This document shows, in pieces, positions 23,701 through 36,808 of a stretch of DNA of 64,000 nt. Source of the stretch: Zygnema circumcarinatum SAG 698-1b (lineage: Eukaryota > Plantae > Zygnematophyceae); contig CM074804.1 in NCBI GenBank assembly GCA_037447605.1, positions 6,983,909-7,047,908 on the forward strand. The letters are read 5' to 3'. Each line of letters opens with the position of its first letter. Position 1 is the first letter of the stretch. The notes below the pieces were generated by a model. The model had not been told where the DNA came from and searched no databases. It was given only the letters and a program-made list of their open reading frames with translations. The position numbers and the translations under genes are program-made.

Positions 23701-25078
23701 TCAGCAAAGAATGGTGTCGCCTGTCGAAGTGGCATCCCAGATCGCGCTCCTCCAGTGCGAAGCAGGAGGCCCAGGTAGTCTAGCTTCTCCCCAGATATTA
23801 CCTGCAAACCTCAATCATTTGTTTCTGAGATCACAGCAATATTCTCGACTATCAATAACCCTGCAAGCGATTTACACAGTGTGAAATTATCGTCCAGGAG
23901 TGAACACAGACGATCGAACTGTAGCAATGTTTTTAATTGAGGTTCTTTACAAATCAAACTGAAGACGAATTTTTAGGCCTTCTCAAGTTCATGAGCAGCA
24001 GGTTCCCTTGCCTAAACGGGTATCTATGCCACAACAATTCCTGTTTCTTGAGGCCTTAGATTATTCAACAAGCCAATATCCTGAAAATAATGGATGTGTA
24101 ATAATTTCTCCAATTGCGCCCTGTCTTAATTGACTTATACCGTAGTCGCAAGTTCCTTTAAACAACAGCCTCGCCTCAAATTGCACCGCCAAAACTCTTG
24201 AATATGCCCTCACAGATACCAGTACCACCAAATCCCTAAGTTACACACCATAGGGCATAGCCATGGAATAATGTGCGTACCCTAGAACTCTCATCTTCAT
24301 TTGGCGAAAGCGGGTCGGCCAGGAGATTAACAAGAGAAGACAAGTGCTTCAGCACAAATGCTAATTGATTGGCCTCCTCCTCACATTGCCCCGGCATTGT
24401 CCGTTGGCGGCCGTTTCCACCTGTCTTCACCTGAAATATTTGGAAAAAGACGGTTTACATCCAATAACCGGTCAATGTGATAGGGTACCACATCAGGTTG
24501 ACAGTGGTTGGCCCATTTAATTAAAAATTCAAAGGATAACAAGATTATCAAGACTATAGGATAAACTGGGGATAAGAAAGCACCTGCATCAATGGCGAAA
24601 CCGCCGGGGTATAATTGTCAAATGGCGAGGGTGCAGGCGGCCATATGTCAGCCAGGGCAGGAGAGGTAGGTAAAGGGCGATGGGCAGCTCTCCTATAGCT
24701 TTGGATATACAGCAGCAACAACACATGCTCCACATCGGCTCCTATGTTGCCAACATCCGTGACTGCTGCATGCGCCAAAGAGTCTGCCTCTGAAATATCA
24801 TCCGGCAACACTGCTGCAACAGTATCTAGTAACAGCTGCGCGTGCAGCTCCGGCAATCCCAAGGTAGAAGCTATGGCCGGTGCTCCCACTCGCTTGCTCT
24901 GTCTTCCGGATGTTGATTGGGTTGAAGTGGAGGATGCAAACAGCTTCTCCCTCAAAGCTATCAGAGATGCTACTCCTTCATTGTGGACTAGAGAGGGCAG
25001 AGGAAGCAACCCGTAGTCGAAAGGCTCCCGCCGCACATGCAGCCATGGGAACCCACCAGACTGCAGCGTAACGGCCAT
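20706..25078 (-). CDS. TBCCD1: TBCC domain-containing protein 1
   Basis: Start MAVTLQSGGFPWLHVRREPFDYGLLPLP at 25078. Further motifs LLLLYIQSYRR, LITACARIRISTCRECVFYLGTNQSP (TBCC beta-helix), APYNTFYPRLEAHL, ELTNVILAHFKEWL and terminal SGNIRQVYDLARFDRDP* (stop 20706-20708). Confidence 0.88.
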
Positions 25079-25475
25079 GTCCCCCTCTTCCCTCTGCTTC
25101 CCTCTACGCGCACACGTACAGCAGGGCCTTACAAACGCTCCAACTCCCGTCTCCCTCTTCCTCTCCCTCCCTCCCTCACTCCGTCCCTCCCCCTCCCTCT
25201 TCCTCTCCCTCTGTCTTTGCCTCTGCCTCTGCCAATGCGTCCGCTTCCGTTGCGAAAAGAGCCCTGGCGCAAAAGAGCCAACTGTCAAGCGCCCGTCCTC
25301 TGCTTCATCGCGTTGGCGCGCTCCTCCGATTTAGGTCGGAGGGCAGGAGACGGCCATGGCGTGCGCCTTGGAGAGTTGCATGGCTTAAGCAGAGAGTCTA
25401 GTTCTTCGGAAGACATGTAGGAGAGGCTGCTGGAGGCTTCGTCAGAAGCAGGGAAGTCGAACAAGCTCACCGGCC

Positions 25476-28400
25476 ATGGCGCCCTTGCCGTCAGCCATGG
25501 AGGAGCAGCTGATTGCTAAGGCCGTGCAGGAAGACTTGACATGGGACAAGCTTCCCAAGCGCCTTAAGCTCTTCTTGGGATCGAATGAGGAGTGGCTCAA
25601 ACAGTGCGTTCTTGCTTCCTGCTTCCATGCTTTCGCCTTTTTCAGGTTTGAAATGTCGAGCTTTGCCTGCAGATCATGTAAGCTGAAGGGGTACATTCTA
25701 TGACTCCCTTTGAACAGTGTGAAGCAGCATTGCATCAAGAAACGCTTGCGTTGGAGCACCTCCCCAGCACGCAATGCCTGCAGAGAAGGGGAATATTATG
25801 AAGACATGCTGGCCTATTTGAAGAAACAGCAAGCGGTATGTTAATTGCTCGCGCGTTTTCAAGCATCCATTTTCATTCTAACAGTTATACGTTACAATCT
25901 CCCAAATGTTCCATGTCTGCTCGGTAAAAATCATGAAACAAGGTTGGGCATTTGCTCTGCACAGCCCTTTCCATACCATCTGGCGGATTACGTGTGCCGT
26001 TTCATGCGTATCTCACCATTTCGTTACTATTGCGACTTGCTGTACGAAGCCATGCGAAATGGTGCCACTCGCCCCACATGCCTTTGGATCTATTTGCAAA
26101 TGTGATTTTTAACGGCTTTTGAACATGGAGCATTTGCATGTTGCTCTGTTTCATACAATTGGAAGTTATCGAATGGTCTATGCTTTAATGACACAGAGAA
26201 ATGCAAGTGTACCTGACGTTCTTTCAAATCTCAGTCAGTGTGGCCATATTCCTAGAGAAAAGTCGCGTTTTTATCGAACCCGATCAGGATTTTTTTTTGC
26301 ATTGCTGTTGATGATTACAGCCCTGTCTATTGGTTGCTATCTTTTGAGCTCACTTCCACCCTGGATGGGCGCTTCATCTGTCAGAACGTTCATACGATAC
26401 CATACCAAATTTCACTGCCGCTGATGCACTGCGGGAGACAGGCATTGGTCGCAATCAGTTCATTGATATCATGAATAAGACTCGCTCTAAGGTGGGCCCT
26501 GTTCTGCTCTGAGGCTTAGTCCTTGCTGAAGGTTACTGTGAGGTTTTCAAGGTGCTTACAATGACCTTCTTTTTTGAAAGTCGGAACGTTTGGCAACGTA
26601 TAAATGGTTCTACTGACTCTGATGTTGACCTCTGATACGATCCCACTAACTGGCTCGTGATTTTTCTGATGCGACTGCAAACAATTAATCGGCTTGTTCT
26701 CTTTTTTGGAGAAACACGTACTGGAATTGCCTGCTCATATTTAAAACACTTCATGACAGAGAGAGAAAGGCCCAGAGGAAGTCACTTCACGAGTCAGGCT
26801 AGCATAATTTTGCCGCAACACTTCGGAGTGGTCATTCACAAAGATTGACAAGAAAGGTTGTGATATTGGGCGTGCAGCTGATGTGGAAAATTAATCGGGC
26901 GATTGTAAAGGAGATGCTACCATCACAAGCTGTAGACTTTGCCTTGGAGATGGACTGGCGCGTCTGTACTGTCAACCTTACTGCTGAGGAGCATCGTGTG
27001 AGCGCTCACTCTCTGTCACGTTTTGATGCATCATTTCTTCTGCTATAGCTATAGAGCATGGATGTATCATACTCATTCAGCAATGGCTAGTTGCACAAGA
27101 CAAGGCAAGGGTTAGCGCCTGCTTATGCAAATCATTGGCCCTTGTTGCAAAAACTGAATTGTTTCTAAAGTGGTTGTGCAGAAACTGACAGAAGAGGAGC
27201 TTGCTGTGGTAGAGAAATGCGCAGCGGATGGAGGTGCCCTTGTGGGGGATTTTGACGTAGAGATGCTCCGCTGCTTGTATCGAAAGGGCTTCGTGTACTT
27301 CGATGTGCCGGTGTACCCGCACGACCACTTCCAGGGTGACGTGACTTGTCTCTTCTCTTGCAAGCTGCACAGTCTCCGTTATGACTTCTTTATTCTTTTT
27401 GCTTCCGCTTGTTTGAATCCATTCAAGTGCTTGTCTGTCATTGTTGGTAACAACATGGGACCTTCACACTTCGTCCATACCATCATTCACACGGTTGGCA
27501 GCTCACTCTTAGGCCATTGTTTTATGGGCAAGTCAGTTCTTGCCAACTAAAACAGAGTCTCGTGAACTGTTTATGGTAATCCAAATTGTCAAGTTCTTCT
27601 GTAACGTTATGAACTTTGAACCTTCAACCAATATCGGTTTGGCTGTTTGGGTCTAGAAGGAACTTTTGTTGTTTGAAGCACAATTGAACGCTATTATCCA
27701 TTGAAACGTTGGAAAATCATACATGTTTCAGCGTCCAAACATGACAATGAGCTTGAACCTTTGAGCTTTTCCCACAACAGCAGAGCGTCGTGCCTTGTGA
27801 TAGAAGGAAAGCCATCACATCGTTATGGCCATGGTACCCAGCCCTAATTCTGGGTAACACCAAAGTATAGAGTCCAGATTTTATCGCTCTCCTCTAGAAA
27901 AAAAACCTCAGTCAATATCATCTTGATTTTCAACTGCAGTGAAATCATGTCATTTACTGTCTTTCTAATGCACGGTGTGTCTCTCCTGAATATTTCCTTT
28001 ATTTCATGAAACGAACATGCCGTAGGAGTCTCTGCATGCATGTTGCTTGAGAAATGGCGTGAACGATGTAAAAACAGTCTATTATAATGTTCGTCGCTAC
28101 TTTGGGCTTTTGTTTTGCCTGAAACACAGCATGGTCCCTAGCATGGTCCCTACGTATGGTCCCTAGCACACTTGTGCCATAGCAAGGAATGCAATCGATG
28201 TGAAAAAGAAAGAATGAATTGTAGATGTATTTGTGTCTTGTGTTGCTTTTATTAGTTTCTCTTTGTTAAAGTGCGCACCTGTCGAATGGCTTTAACTTGC
28301 GGCAAAAGAGCCAGACAATGACAATGCGTCGATGTTGCCTGATTTCTGATAACAGTGCGTTCACTGGAGGGGTTCGTTTCAAACCGCAATCAGCAGCATG

Positions 28401-31400
28401 AGGACCATACAGAAGAGTGAGATGAAAAACTTGCCAGAAACTGCATCCATGATTCTGGCAGGAAAAAACAACTATTGTTAAGGTTTACTGGAAACTTGGT
28501 TCCGACACTGTAGTTGTGCTGTGGTAAATTGCTGCATACAACTCGTTATGATTCTCTACCTATTCCCCATGCCCTGCTCCCCTCCTCCTTCATATACTGC
28601 ACTCTTCTTCAGGATACCTGTATGCAGCAGCTTCTAAGCGAAGAGTCCAAGGCATTCATTCATTGCATCGTGACATTGCAAGCGGCCCCTTGGTTTGCAG
28701 GCTGCTGTACGCATTGTTTGTAGCGTCAAGCGAGCAGAGCACTGTGGAAGAGCAGGCCGGCACCCTTCAGGAGGACCTCCCGGAGCTGCAGGCCGCCATC
28801 AGCCTCGCCTGCCGCTTGGGATGGGCCCACCGCGTGCTTGACTATGACAACCTGCTTGAAGGAGGAGGGGGGGGGGCAGATGTCGACATGCCAACCGTTG
28901 ATCCTGTGCTGCTTCCTGGAGAACAGTCGGTAGCGGCATCGACAGACAGTTCAGGGGCATTGCGGGTTGCTTTTATGGTCGACGCAAATCTCACGTCATT
29001 TCTAATGATGGGATCGTTCTCGCACAGTGCGTTTAATTGGCCCTGCTTGTTATGGCTGCTTTTAGTTTCTGTCGTTTTTCTGCAATGTACTGGTACGGAA
29101 AGTGAGGTGTGACGAACCGCCCCTGTGCTGTGTTAGTGGCTCAAGATGCCTCTCTGTTGTGCAGGTTTAAAGCAACAAGCAGTGACGCTCTATGAAGCAG
29201 GAAAGCTGGGCGATCGGAGTGTACGGGACCTTTGCGAGGACCTTCGGGCAGTTGAGAATACTGTTTTGGAAGGAGAACTGCAGCAATTTGCGGACCATGC
29301 TGCCAGCTTGCGCTATGCTCTTGTTTGTTTACGGACAGGTAAAATTCCACCAGCAACTGCCGGAGAAGGTTCTGAAAGTCCGCGAGCGACAGTTGAGGGG
29401 CTGCCCCTCCTCGATGTCGGGCCTACTGATCTACTGCAGGATGGACGCTCTCCCTCGGGAGTGGATTTCGTGGAAAGCAATAATGTGCTGAACGACTCCC
29501 TTGAGGGAGGAGGGCAATGGGAAGGGGGCTGGGCTCAGCCCATAGGAAGAGATGAGGGTGAGAGCTCTCAGGCACTACCGCTAGTAGATAGCACGCTTTC
29601 AGCAGATGGACTTGATGATGAGGATGTATGGGGTCCAATGAACTCTGCTGCAGAGGCAGGTCCTTCAGGAGGCATTGTGGACGGGGGAGAACCGTTGATT
29701 CGTCTTCCCGAGCGAACTGAGAGTCAGAGTAGTGTTGGGGAAGCAAGCAGCAGTGCCGTAAAGAGTAAAGGATCAAGCAGACGGGGGAAAAACCGTGTGG
29801 AAGTGGTTCGTTGTGAGAGTCTTGCGGGACTTCCACACGATACCTTACAGCGATTGCTGCGACGCGATTACACAATGGTTGTGTCCATGGTGCCCCTTAG
29901 CATTCCCCTCTCGATTGTCTCCCCAGATGGCACAGGACCCGTGCACTTTGGGCCCCCTCTGCCAGCAGCAATAACCCCGTGGATGAAGCTGCTCCTTTAC
30001 ACTGCAGCAGGGTCCGGGCCAGTGACTGTAGCCCTTGTTCGGAGTCAGCGTCTGCGGCAGTTACCTCCTCCATTGGCCGGCTGTTGGAAGGCCCTTGTTT
30101 GGTCATGGGATGGGTCCAGTGTTGGAGGGGTTGGAAGTAAAGGGGAAGGCTCCCTTGTGGAGGGCAACATTCTTTTGTATGTGATCAATCAGTTACTGAG
30201 AATTTCAGCAGTCCTAGTGCAGCCAGTGCCCTATGGGAGTGTGAGTTTGACGGGCACTGAGGGCCTTCCTGCAACTGTGGCAGTACCTCTGCCCCTTCCT
30301 ACGCGGTCTAAGTCAGACTCTAAGGCCAATGCAGAGTCGTTAGCAACACTTAGCGAAAACTCGTTCTCGGAGACCCTGCCAATCTTCAAGGAATCGGTTC
30401 AGCTTTCAGATCACCCTGTGGTGCAGAAGGTAGTGGAAGAGCTGGGCCTACGCACCGTCGGGTTTCTACGCATGGTTCGTGCGGATTCAGAAAGCTCTGC
30501 TATTTCTCAAGACAGTCAGACTTCCGAATGGCTTCCCTACAGCTTGGAGCTTGGAATCCCCCTCTTCGACACAGCATTGTGCCAGCAGGTTCTGTACTTT
30601 CTCCCCTTAGACGAAGAGATTTTCTCGTCTCTTCGAATGCATGGAGCACCAATCCCGTTATCTGTTGCAAATGCGTCGTTGTTGCTGGCCTTAATTTCCA
30701 CTCCCATGACGTGTTACATGTTGCGACCTGTTTGGAGCCTTGCAGGTTTGTGAAGGGGCACTGGCTGAACATATTTTTGATGTGAGTGCTCTGGAGGAGC
30801 AGCGGGCCCTTTTGGCCAACCTCCGGAAGCGATTGTTCAACTTCATTGGAGAATACCGTGCAGCCGGGAGGGTTCCTCGGGCTACCTTCCGAGCCCAACG
30901 CCGCATGGCAAGTACTGCCCAATCTAATTGGAGCCGCGCGAGAACAATTCTCAGAGCACTGGATATGGTCACTCCCAGGCGTACTGTTCACGATCTTCCC
31001 AACCACCGTGGACCAGCTTTGCGGCATCGTCACCGGCATACAAAGTCAGAGGCTGCCGTCACAGTCGACAAACTGTCAGAGTTACGGTAAGCTTATTTTG
31101 CTTCAGAGGATGCTTGGAAGAGAGACTCCCCTTGCGTGCGTTTCGCACAGTCCCAGTGGCACACTCTTTGAAGGAAGAGTAGGAGGCACACTCTTTTGCT
31201 GACGAAGGCTACCGGTTTGCAGGCTATGGGGAAGAAAGTCTATGGAGTCGGTGCCATGGGGCGAGGATGACGATGAGCCCGAAGATCCATTGGACCGACT
31301 TGGCAACAACGAGCGTGAAGACGATCCGGAATCACAAGTGCCCTTGCCGGGAATCAACCTTCTGTTTGACGGCACATTCCTCGTGCCGTTCAATTTGGCT

Positions 31401-31457
31401 GCCTTTGTGCAGGGCCGCCTTCCGGCAGTATTAGTCGCAGAAGCAGGCCCCCTATGA
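25476..31457 (+). CDS. FAM91A1: FAM91A1-like protein
   Basis: [106 protein letters not shown] and C-terminal [10 protein letters not shown] are FAM91 N- and C-domain motifs. Confidence 0.93.
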
Positions 31458-32499
31458 CAAGCTTTTGTCCAGGCTCTCTCTTCCTTGACCTCGTACTGGT
31501 TTCGGAGCTCTTTCATCACACCTACTTTTGGCATCCCCCAGCATGAGATGTCTGAGCTTTTGCACTCGGCAGCTTAATTAGCTCCCATCTGAGGGCAACT
31601 GCAACGTCCACGTTTCATTCGGGGGTGGCCTGCCAACAGTGACGGCGTACTGTCACCCTGAAAGCAGGAATAACTGATGTGGACTTGTGGCATTCCCTCC
31701 CCTGAAAGCCGCTGTCTGACGTCCCCTCGGAGGACGGCGCAGGGCTGCAGAGTGCAACGGTACTTTTCCGCGGCCTTTGACTCCACTTACAAGGTAGGGC
31801 TTCATCTGCAAAGCGTGCTTGGAGATGGGCTGTTAAGTTAATGAGAGCCTTTCACAACACTGTAGGATAGGCCCGTTTTAGCGTCCTTTGTTACAGAAAT
31901 TATTTTGTTATTGATGCCAAAGGCAATCCATTATGGGAAAGGCAAACGGTTGCAGGAATGAGTCCGTATTTAATAGGCTGATGTGCGTCAGCTGACAGGG
32001 CGATGGTGTTTGACCTTTTATCAAGTTAGCTCTAACTGACAATGGACGATGGGATGTCCATTCAGTTAGCAGCCGCCAGTTGCTTAAAGGCAGAGGATTT
32101 TGATAGTGTTAACCACATTCTTATAATTTGACCTAATATGAGACCACTGAGAATAACAGAGCCCGTACATGCCTTTGTATCGTGGCATAGTTTTTATCAG
32201 AGATATGTGTGGAGTCAGATTTCATCAAAGTTCAGTCCTTGTGTTGGATAAGGACACAAGAGGGTACCATGTTCGTGGGTGTCTTGGCGGACAAACTAGT
32301 GTGCAAACATGTTGGCAGTACCGCGCAAGAAGAGAACCGGGGACCTGTTTTTATAAGCATATCGGGAAATGAACAAAGCATGGGCGAACAAAGCTTGGTA
32401 CTCTTCGGTACTGTACAGGGTGCTGCTTTTTAATTGCTGTCAGAGGTGTTGTTCCTCTACAGCATGACACGGCGGTTCATTGCCATTACATGGATACAA

Positions 32500-33240
32500 T
32501 ACTGCACAGGTTGGACCATTAGATAGGCTAACATTGGCCAACAATTGTCTGTTTTTTTTTTTTTTTAAGGGTTGGTGGAAAAATGGTTGGCTAGAACTAA
32601 GCCAATGGTCCGTTACCAGCGGCAATGGTTTGGCTGCCATTGAATCCAATGGTTGCAATGGGAAATGGCTGGCTGGTCCACTTGTCTATGTCACAGGCAC
32701 CATTGGATCCAATGGTTACCATTGCATTGGATTGAAACATCACAGAAAATGAGCAAATATACCTTGTACACGAAATACCTTAGGTACCTTACATACCTTA
32801 CCTTAATGTACCTCGTACTGCACAGGTTGGAGTGGTTGGCAACCATTAGCAAAACCAATGGTTGACTGAGTCCAACGTCAATGGTTGGTTGAATTCAATG
32901 GTTCAACCTTTAGCAATGGGTCGCTGAGTCCATCCGCCAATGGTCGGAACCAACGGCTTGCACTGGTTGGCTGGCCCGTCTATGCGACGATTATATCTCA
33001 TATTCAATGGAAGCGACGTGCCTTAAAAGGGTTGAGGTTTTACAAAGGTGACACCTCAACCAATGGTTCCGACCATTGGTAATGGATGGCAACCATTGCA
33101 TGCCAATGCTTGCCAGCCAATTTCCAATAGTTGCAAGCCATTGGTACGTGTCGACGACTTTCGGACCCAATCAACCAATGGCATCCATTGGTCGCAGCCA
33201 TTGGGTACCAATGGTTGCGAAACCGTTTGACGGCCAATCT
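32500..33240. repeat. Degenerate repeat region built from CCAATGG/CCATTGG heptamers, with palindromes and an internal direct repeat
   Basis: At least a dozen CCAATGG/CCATTGG copies; perfect 18-bp palindrome accattggatccaatggt (32699-32716); 16-bp direct repeat tactgcacaggttgga at 32500 and 32816. Confidence 0.8.
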
Positions 33241-33368
33241 CTGCCGTCCATTTCTGGCCGATCCAACGGTGCCTCGTGCTTGCCCCGTCATGTGCTGCGT
33301 TCGTCTAGCGCGCCACGTGGCGGGCGCCCCTCGCGGGTGGCGGCCGCGACTACCCGCCGGGATATACT

Positions 33369-33496
33369 GTACTGTAGTACGAAAATCGTCGTCGTACGGT
33401 ACGGCAGTATACGGCGGGCGGCGTGGCAAGTGGGAGTCGGGTCACTGGGGGGAGTGGTGACGCCGTGAGGGGTTCCGTGAGCGTGCCGTACGGTAC
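33369..33496. promoter_or_regulatory. Cluster of six GTAC cores (candidate SBP/CuRE sites) upstream of the MTP gene
   Basis: GTAC at 33369, 33377, 33394, 33399, 33488 and 33493, i.e. 230-360 bp upstream of ATG 33727. The motifs are seen directly; their function is inferred. Confidence 0.4.
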
Positions 33497-33726
33497 GGAC
33501 GAAGTTGAGGCGGAGAACTCGCGGCCGGGGGCGCATTGGAGCAGGGCCGCAGGGAGGGAGGGAGGGAGGAAAGGAGGGAGAAGGGAGAATTGAGGAAGGA
33601 GGGAGGGTTGAGGAGGGAGGAGGGACGAGGGAGCGGGGAAGGAGGGAAGAAGGGAGGGAGGAGGGAGGAGGGAGGAGATAGGAGGGAGGAGGGAGTGAGG
33701 AAGGGAGGGAGGAGGGAGGGGAGGCC

Positions 33727-36700
33727 ATGGCGACGCAGAGGGCGGGATTTTCAGGGGAGCTGGAAGCAGTGGCAACGGAGGAATGCGCGGTGGTGGAGAA
33801 CCCGCTGGTGTCAAAGGAGGGGCAGTCATGGCGGCTTGACCGGATGAAGTTTGACCAGGCGCACAAAGTGGTGCTGACGGAGCCGCAGCGGCGGTTCAGG
33901 TTCGGTGAGTACAGGTTTTGCGGCCGTGCATAGCTATGGTGATTAGGGCGGGAAGGAGATTCTAAGGGTTGCTGAGGACGCAGTAGAGTCTTCAAAGTTT
34001 ATGTGGTTTGGGAAGAATGATGTTGAAGACAGGCAGCTGCGTAAACAGTTGCTAGCCATCGAGACCGTTTCCTTGAATTAAAGTTTTGATTGAAAATGAT
34101 ATTGGATGCTGAAGTTTGAGCGAAATCAGGAACGACCTCCTATATTTTGGGTACCATTCATCACTGCGGCCTGGATATAAAGGTAGCTATCTAGTTTCCT
34201 GATTTATCCCTCTTTTACGCATAAGTTTCACCTCTCACACGTTTTGACGTTGAATGTCTCAGAGTAGATTTGACCCTCGACGTGAACTTTCGGTATGAAA
34301 CCTTTAGTGATGTGTTTTTTTTTTTTTTTCGAACCTGAAGCGGCGGTTTCTGGCGGAGGTGGGCGACTGTAAATTTAACAAGACGAGCAACTACTTTTTT
34401 CTTGCGCATAGGCTCGCCTTTCAAGAAAAGAAACATGTAGAATTATTCGTCAGTGACGGACTCAGTTGACCCGGCAATCCAGGAAGACAGGGCATGCGCT
34501 TAGTGTATTTCAAAGTTATGTTCTCAGAAGAATAAAGGCGTTCAAGAATACTATAGCTTGGCTTGCATTTTGAACTTTCCACGCGTTTTTGGCCAGGACC
34601 AGCTGACCATCAATTTTTTTTGGTCATAGGTTGATTGGGAATGGTAGCAGTCCTATCTTGAATTTGTACGCTAACAATACCTGCAGTGCTTGTGGCTTGG
34701 CAGCGCACTGTCTGCGTGAATGATTCCGAAACTTTGAGAACCATATGCACGCTGTATCCGTTGAAATGTCTGAGCATGTGTGTGATCATCCTATTTATGT
34801 TTTCAATGGGCAGCAGTGTGATATCTTAGGATTTGATCGACAAGATAGGGATACTTGTACGAGTTGATTACTTATAGCTGTTTCGGGTTTCGATGGAGTG
34901 ATTGGACCAGGTGGTCGCAGCGGTGTGCACGGCTACTACCAGCGGCAAAAGGAGATGATTGCGGGATTTGTGGAGATGGATGAACTGGAAGAGCACCTTC
35001 TGCCTGCAGACGTGGTGAGCAGTCCCTCTTTACCAAGCTAAGCTTTTGCCGAGGTGACGCATTTTGATGAGATAAACTTAGGATTCCGTATCAAGTAGAG
35101 GAGCAATGTGGTGCTAAGTTGTTTGTGTGTAGGCACGACAAGCGAAAGAAGAAGAGCAAACGGAAAAAAAGGAGAAACTCGCGATCGATATTTCCAATAT
35201 TGCGAATATTATCCTCCTCGGGCTGAAGGTGTTTGCCTCAGTGGAAAGCAAGAGTCTGTCTATTATTGCCAGTGCGTTGGACTCCCTGCTTGACCTTTTG
35301 TCAGGTTTCATCCTCTGGTTCACCGCACGCTCCATGAGGATCCATAACCCATACAAGTACCCAATTGGAAAGAAGCGCATGCAGCCCCTGGTGAGCCTCC
35401 ACACACTTTGGGCTGAACAGCCACTGCAGCACTGTCTGTTCCCACAAAGGGTAGCAGCTGATGGGAGAGGTCTGCCATGGCCATGCTGGAGGTGGTGCAG
35501 GGGATCATTGTGTTTGCATCTGTCATGGCTACTCTTGGCTTCCAGGTTATTTTTGAGGCCGGGCGGCAGCTACTGGCTGGGGTACGGTTACCCCCCATCC
35601 CTCTCGTATTGATTTATTTCGTCAATTGTGCCTGCTGTTTCCTTGTCTTCCCCCTCTCGTCTCCTTTCCACTCTCCCCTGCTCTCCCGTCTAAGTTGAAT
35701 CACAGTGGGTGTGCAGCATTCAGGCGCGGCCGGTCTGCAAAGCGATTGGCCTTGGCTGGTGGGCATCATGGGCGGTGTCACTGCCGTCAAGCTCATCCTC
35801 TTTCTCTACTGCAGCTCCTTCACGAATGAGATAGTGCTCACATATGCCGCGGATCACTTTTTTGATGTGATCACCAACATGTTCGGCCTGGCAGCAGCAC
35901 TCCTCGGGCAGGCTGTTGTGTGGTGGATTGACCCTGTGGGCGCTATTCTGGTGAGGACCCTCAGAACAGGCTCCGCAGGGGGCGAGTGGGCAGCTTCATT
36001 GGGGCAGGAGTCTGCTGCATGGGGGAAAGCACATGTGGTCACGAGGGGTAGAGGACAGCAGGGCATATCCATGCTTCTTTTTGCATTTGTTGGATGCTTT
36101 CAGTTAACTAGGAGACGAGTTCCCCTTACTGAATGCAAGCAATGCATTTAAATCGACTCTTGTATCTAGTAATTAGTATCTAGTAGTGACAATCAACTCA
36201 AGGCAGGCATTGTGCTCAACTTCTCGAGCATTTCCCAACTCCGGGCAACTAATCGCAGCACTGCGGGTTTGTCCTGCTTCTGCAGCTGTCACTGTACACA
36301 ATGAAGACCTGGGGCAGCACTGTGTGGGAAAATGTCAACTCATTAACTGGCCGTTCAGCCCCTCCCGAATTTCTCCAGAAGCTGACTTACCTGTGCTGGA
36401 ATCACCATCCCAAGATTATCCTCATTGACACGGTCCGAGCATACACCTTCGGCTCACATTATTTCACAGAAGTCGACATTGTGCTGCCGTCCGACATGCC
36501 GCTGCATGTAAGTACTTTCTAAGCCTCTTCTTGCATTGCGCCTGAAAGCAATAGAGGCGCGGAGGGTCTGCCAAGAAAACCTTCGAGGCTCATTTTGAGC
36601 TGAGAGTGTCGCTGGGTTGCAGGAGGCCCACGATATCGGAGAAAGCTTACAAAACAAGTTGGAGAGGGTACCGGAAATTGAGCGCGCCTTTGTACATTTG

Positions 36701-36808
36701 GACTTTGAAGTGTCGCATCGCCCGGAACACCACGGTCCTTCCAAGATCAAAGTCCCGCCACCCTCCCAGCCTCCGTCTTCCGTTCCTGAAATATCTGCAG
36801 CTGTTTGA
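33727..36808 (+). CDS. MTP11: Metal tolerance protein, Mn-CDF clade (MTP8-11 group; exact orthologue uncertain)
   Basis: SWRL N-terminal motif, [120 protein letters not shown]...[10 protein letters not shown]. The DxxxD sites are those of Mn-CDFs. Confidence 0.93.

Noticed and set aside
28129-28167. Three copies of atggtccct(a) in a FAM91A1 intron
   Set aside because: Ordinary short slippage repeat.
32032-32069. 14-bp bulged hairpin, a possible Helitron end or miRNA stem
   Set aside because: Too short for a miRNA precursor and not followed by CTRR; consistent with chance.
31574-32433. Short ORFs between FAM91A1 and the CCAATGG array
   Set aside because: No recognisable motifs and no convincing splice structure.
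33288-33995. Long Pro/Ser/Leu-rich and Gly/Arg/Glu-rich ORFs
   Set aside because: They are translations of the GA-rich MTP leader. Similar artefacts occur at 38108-38589, 25037-25420 and 48007-48430.
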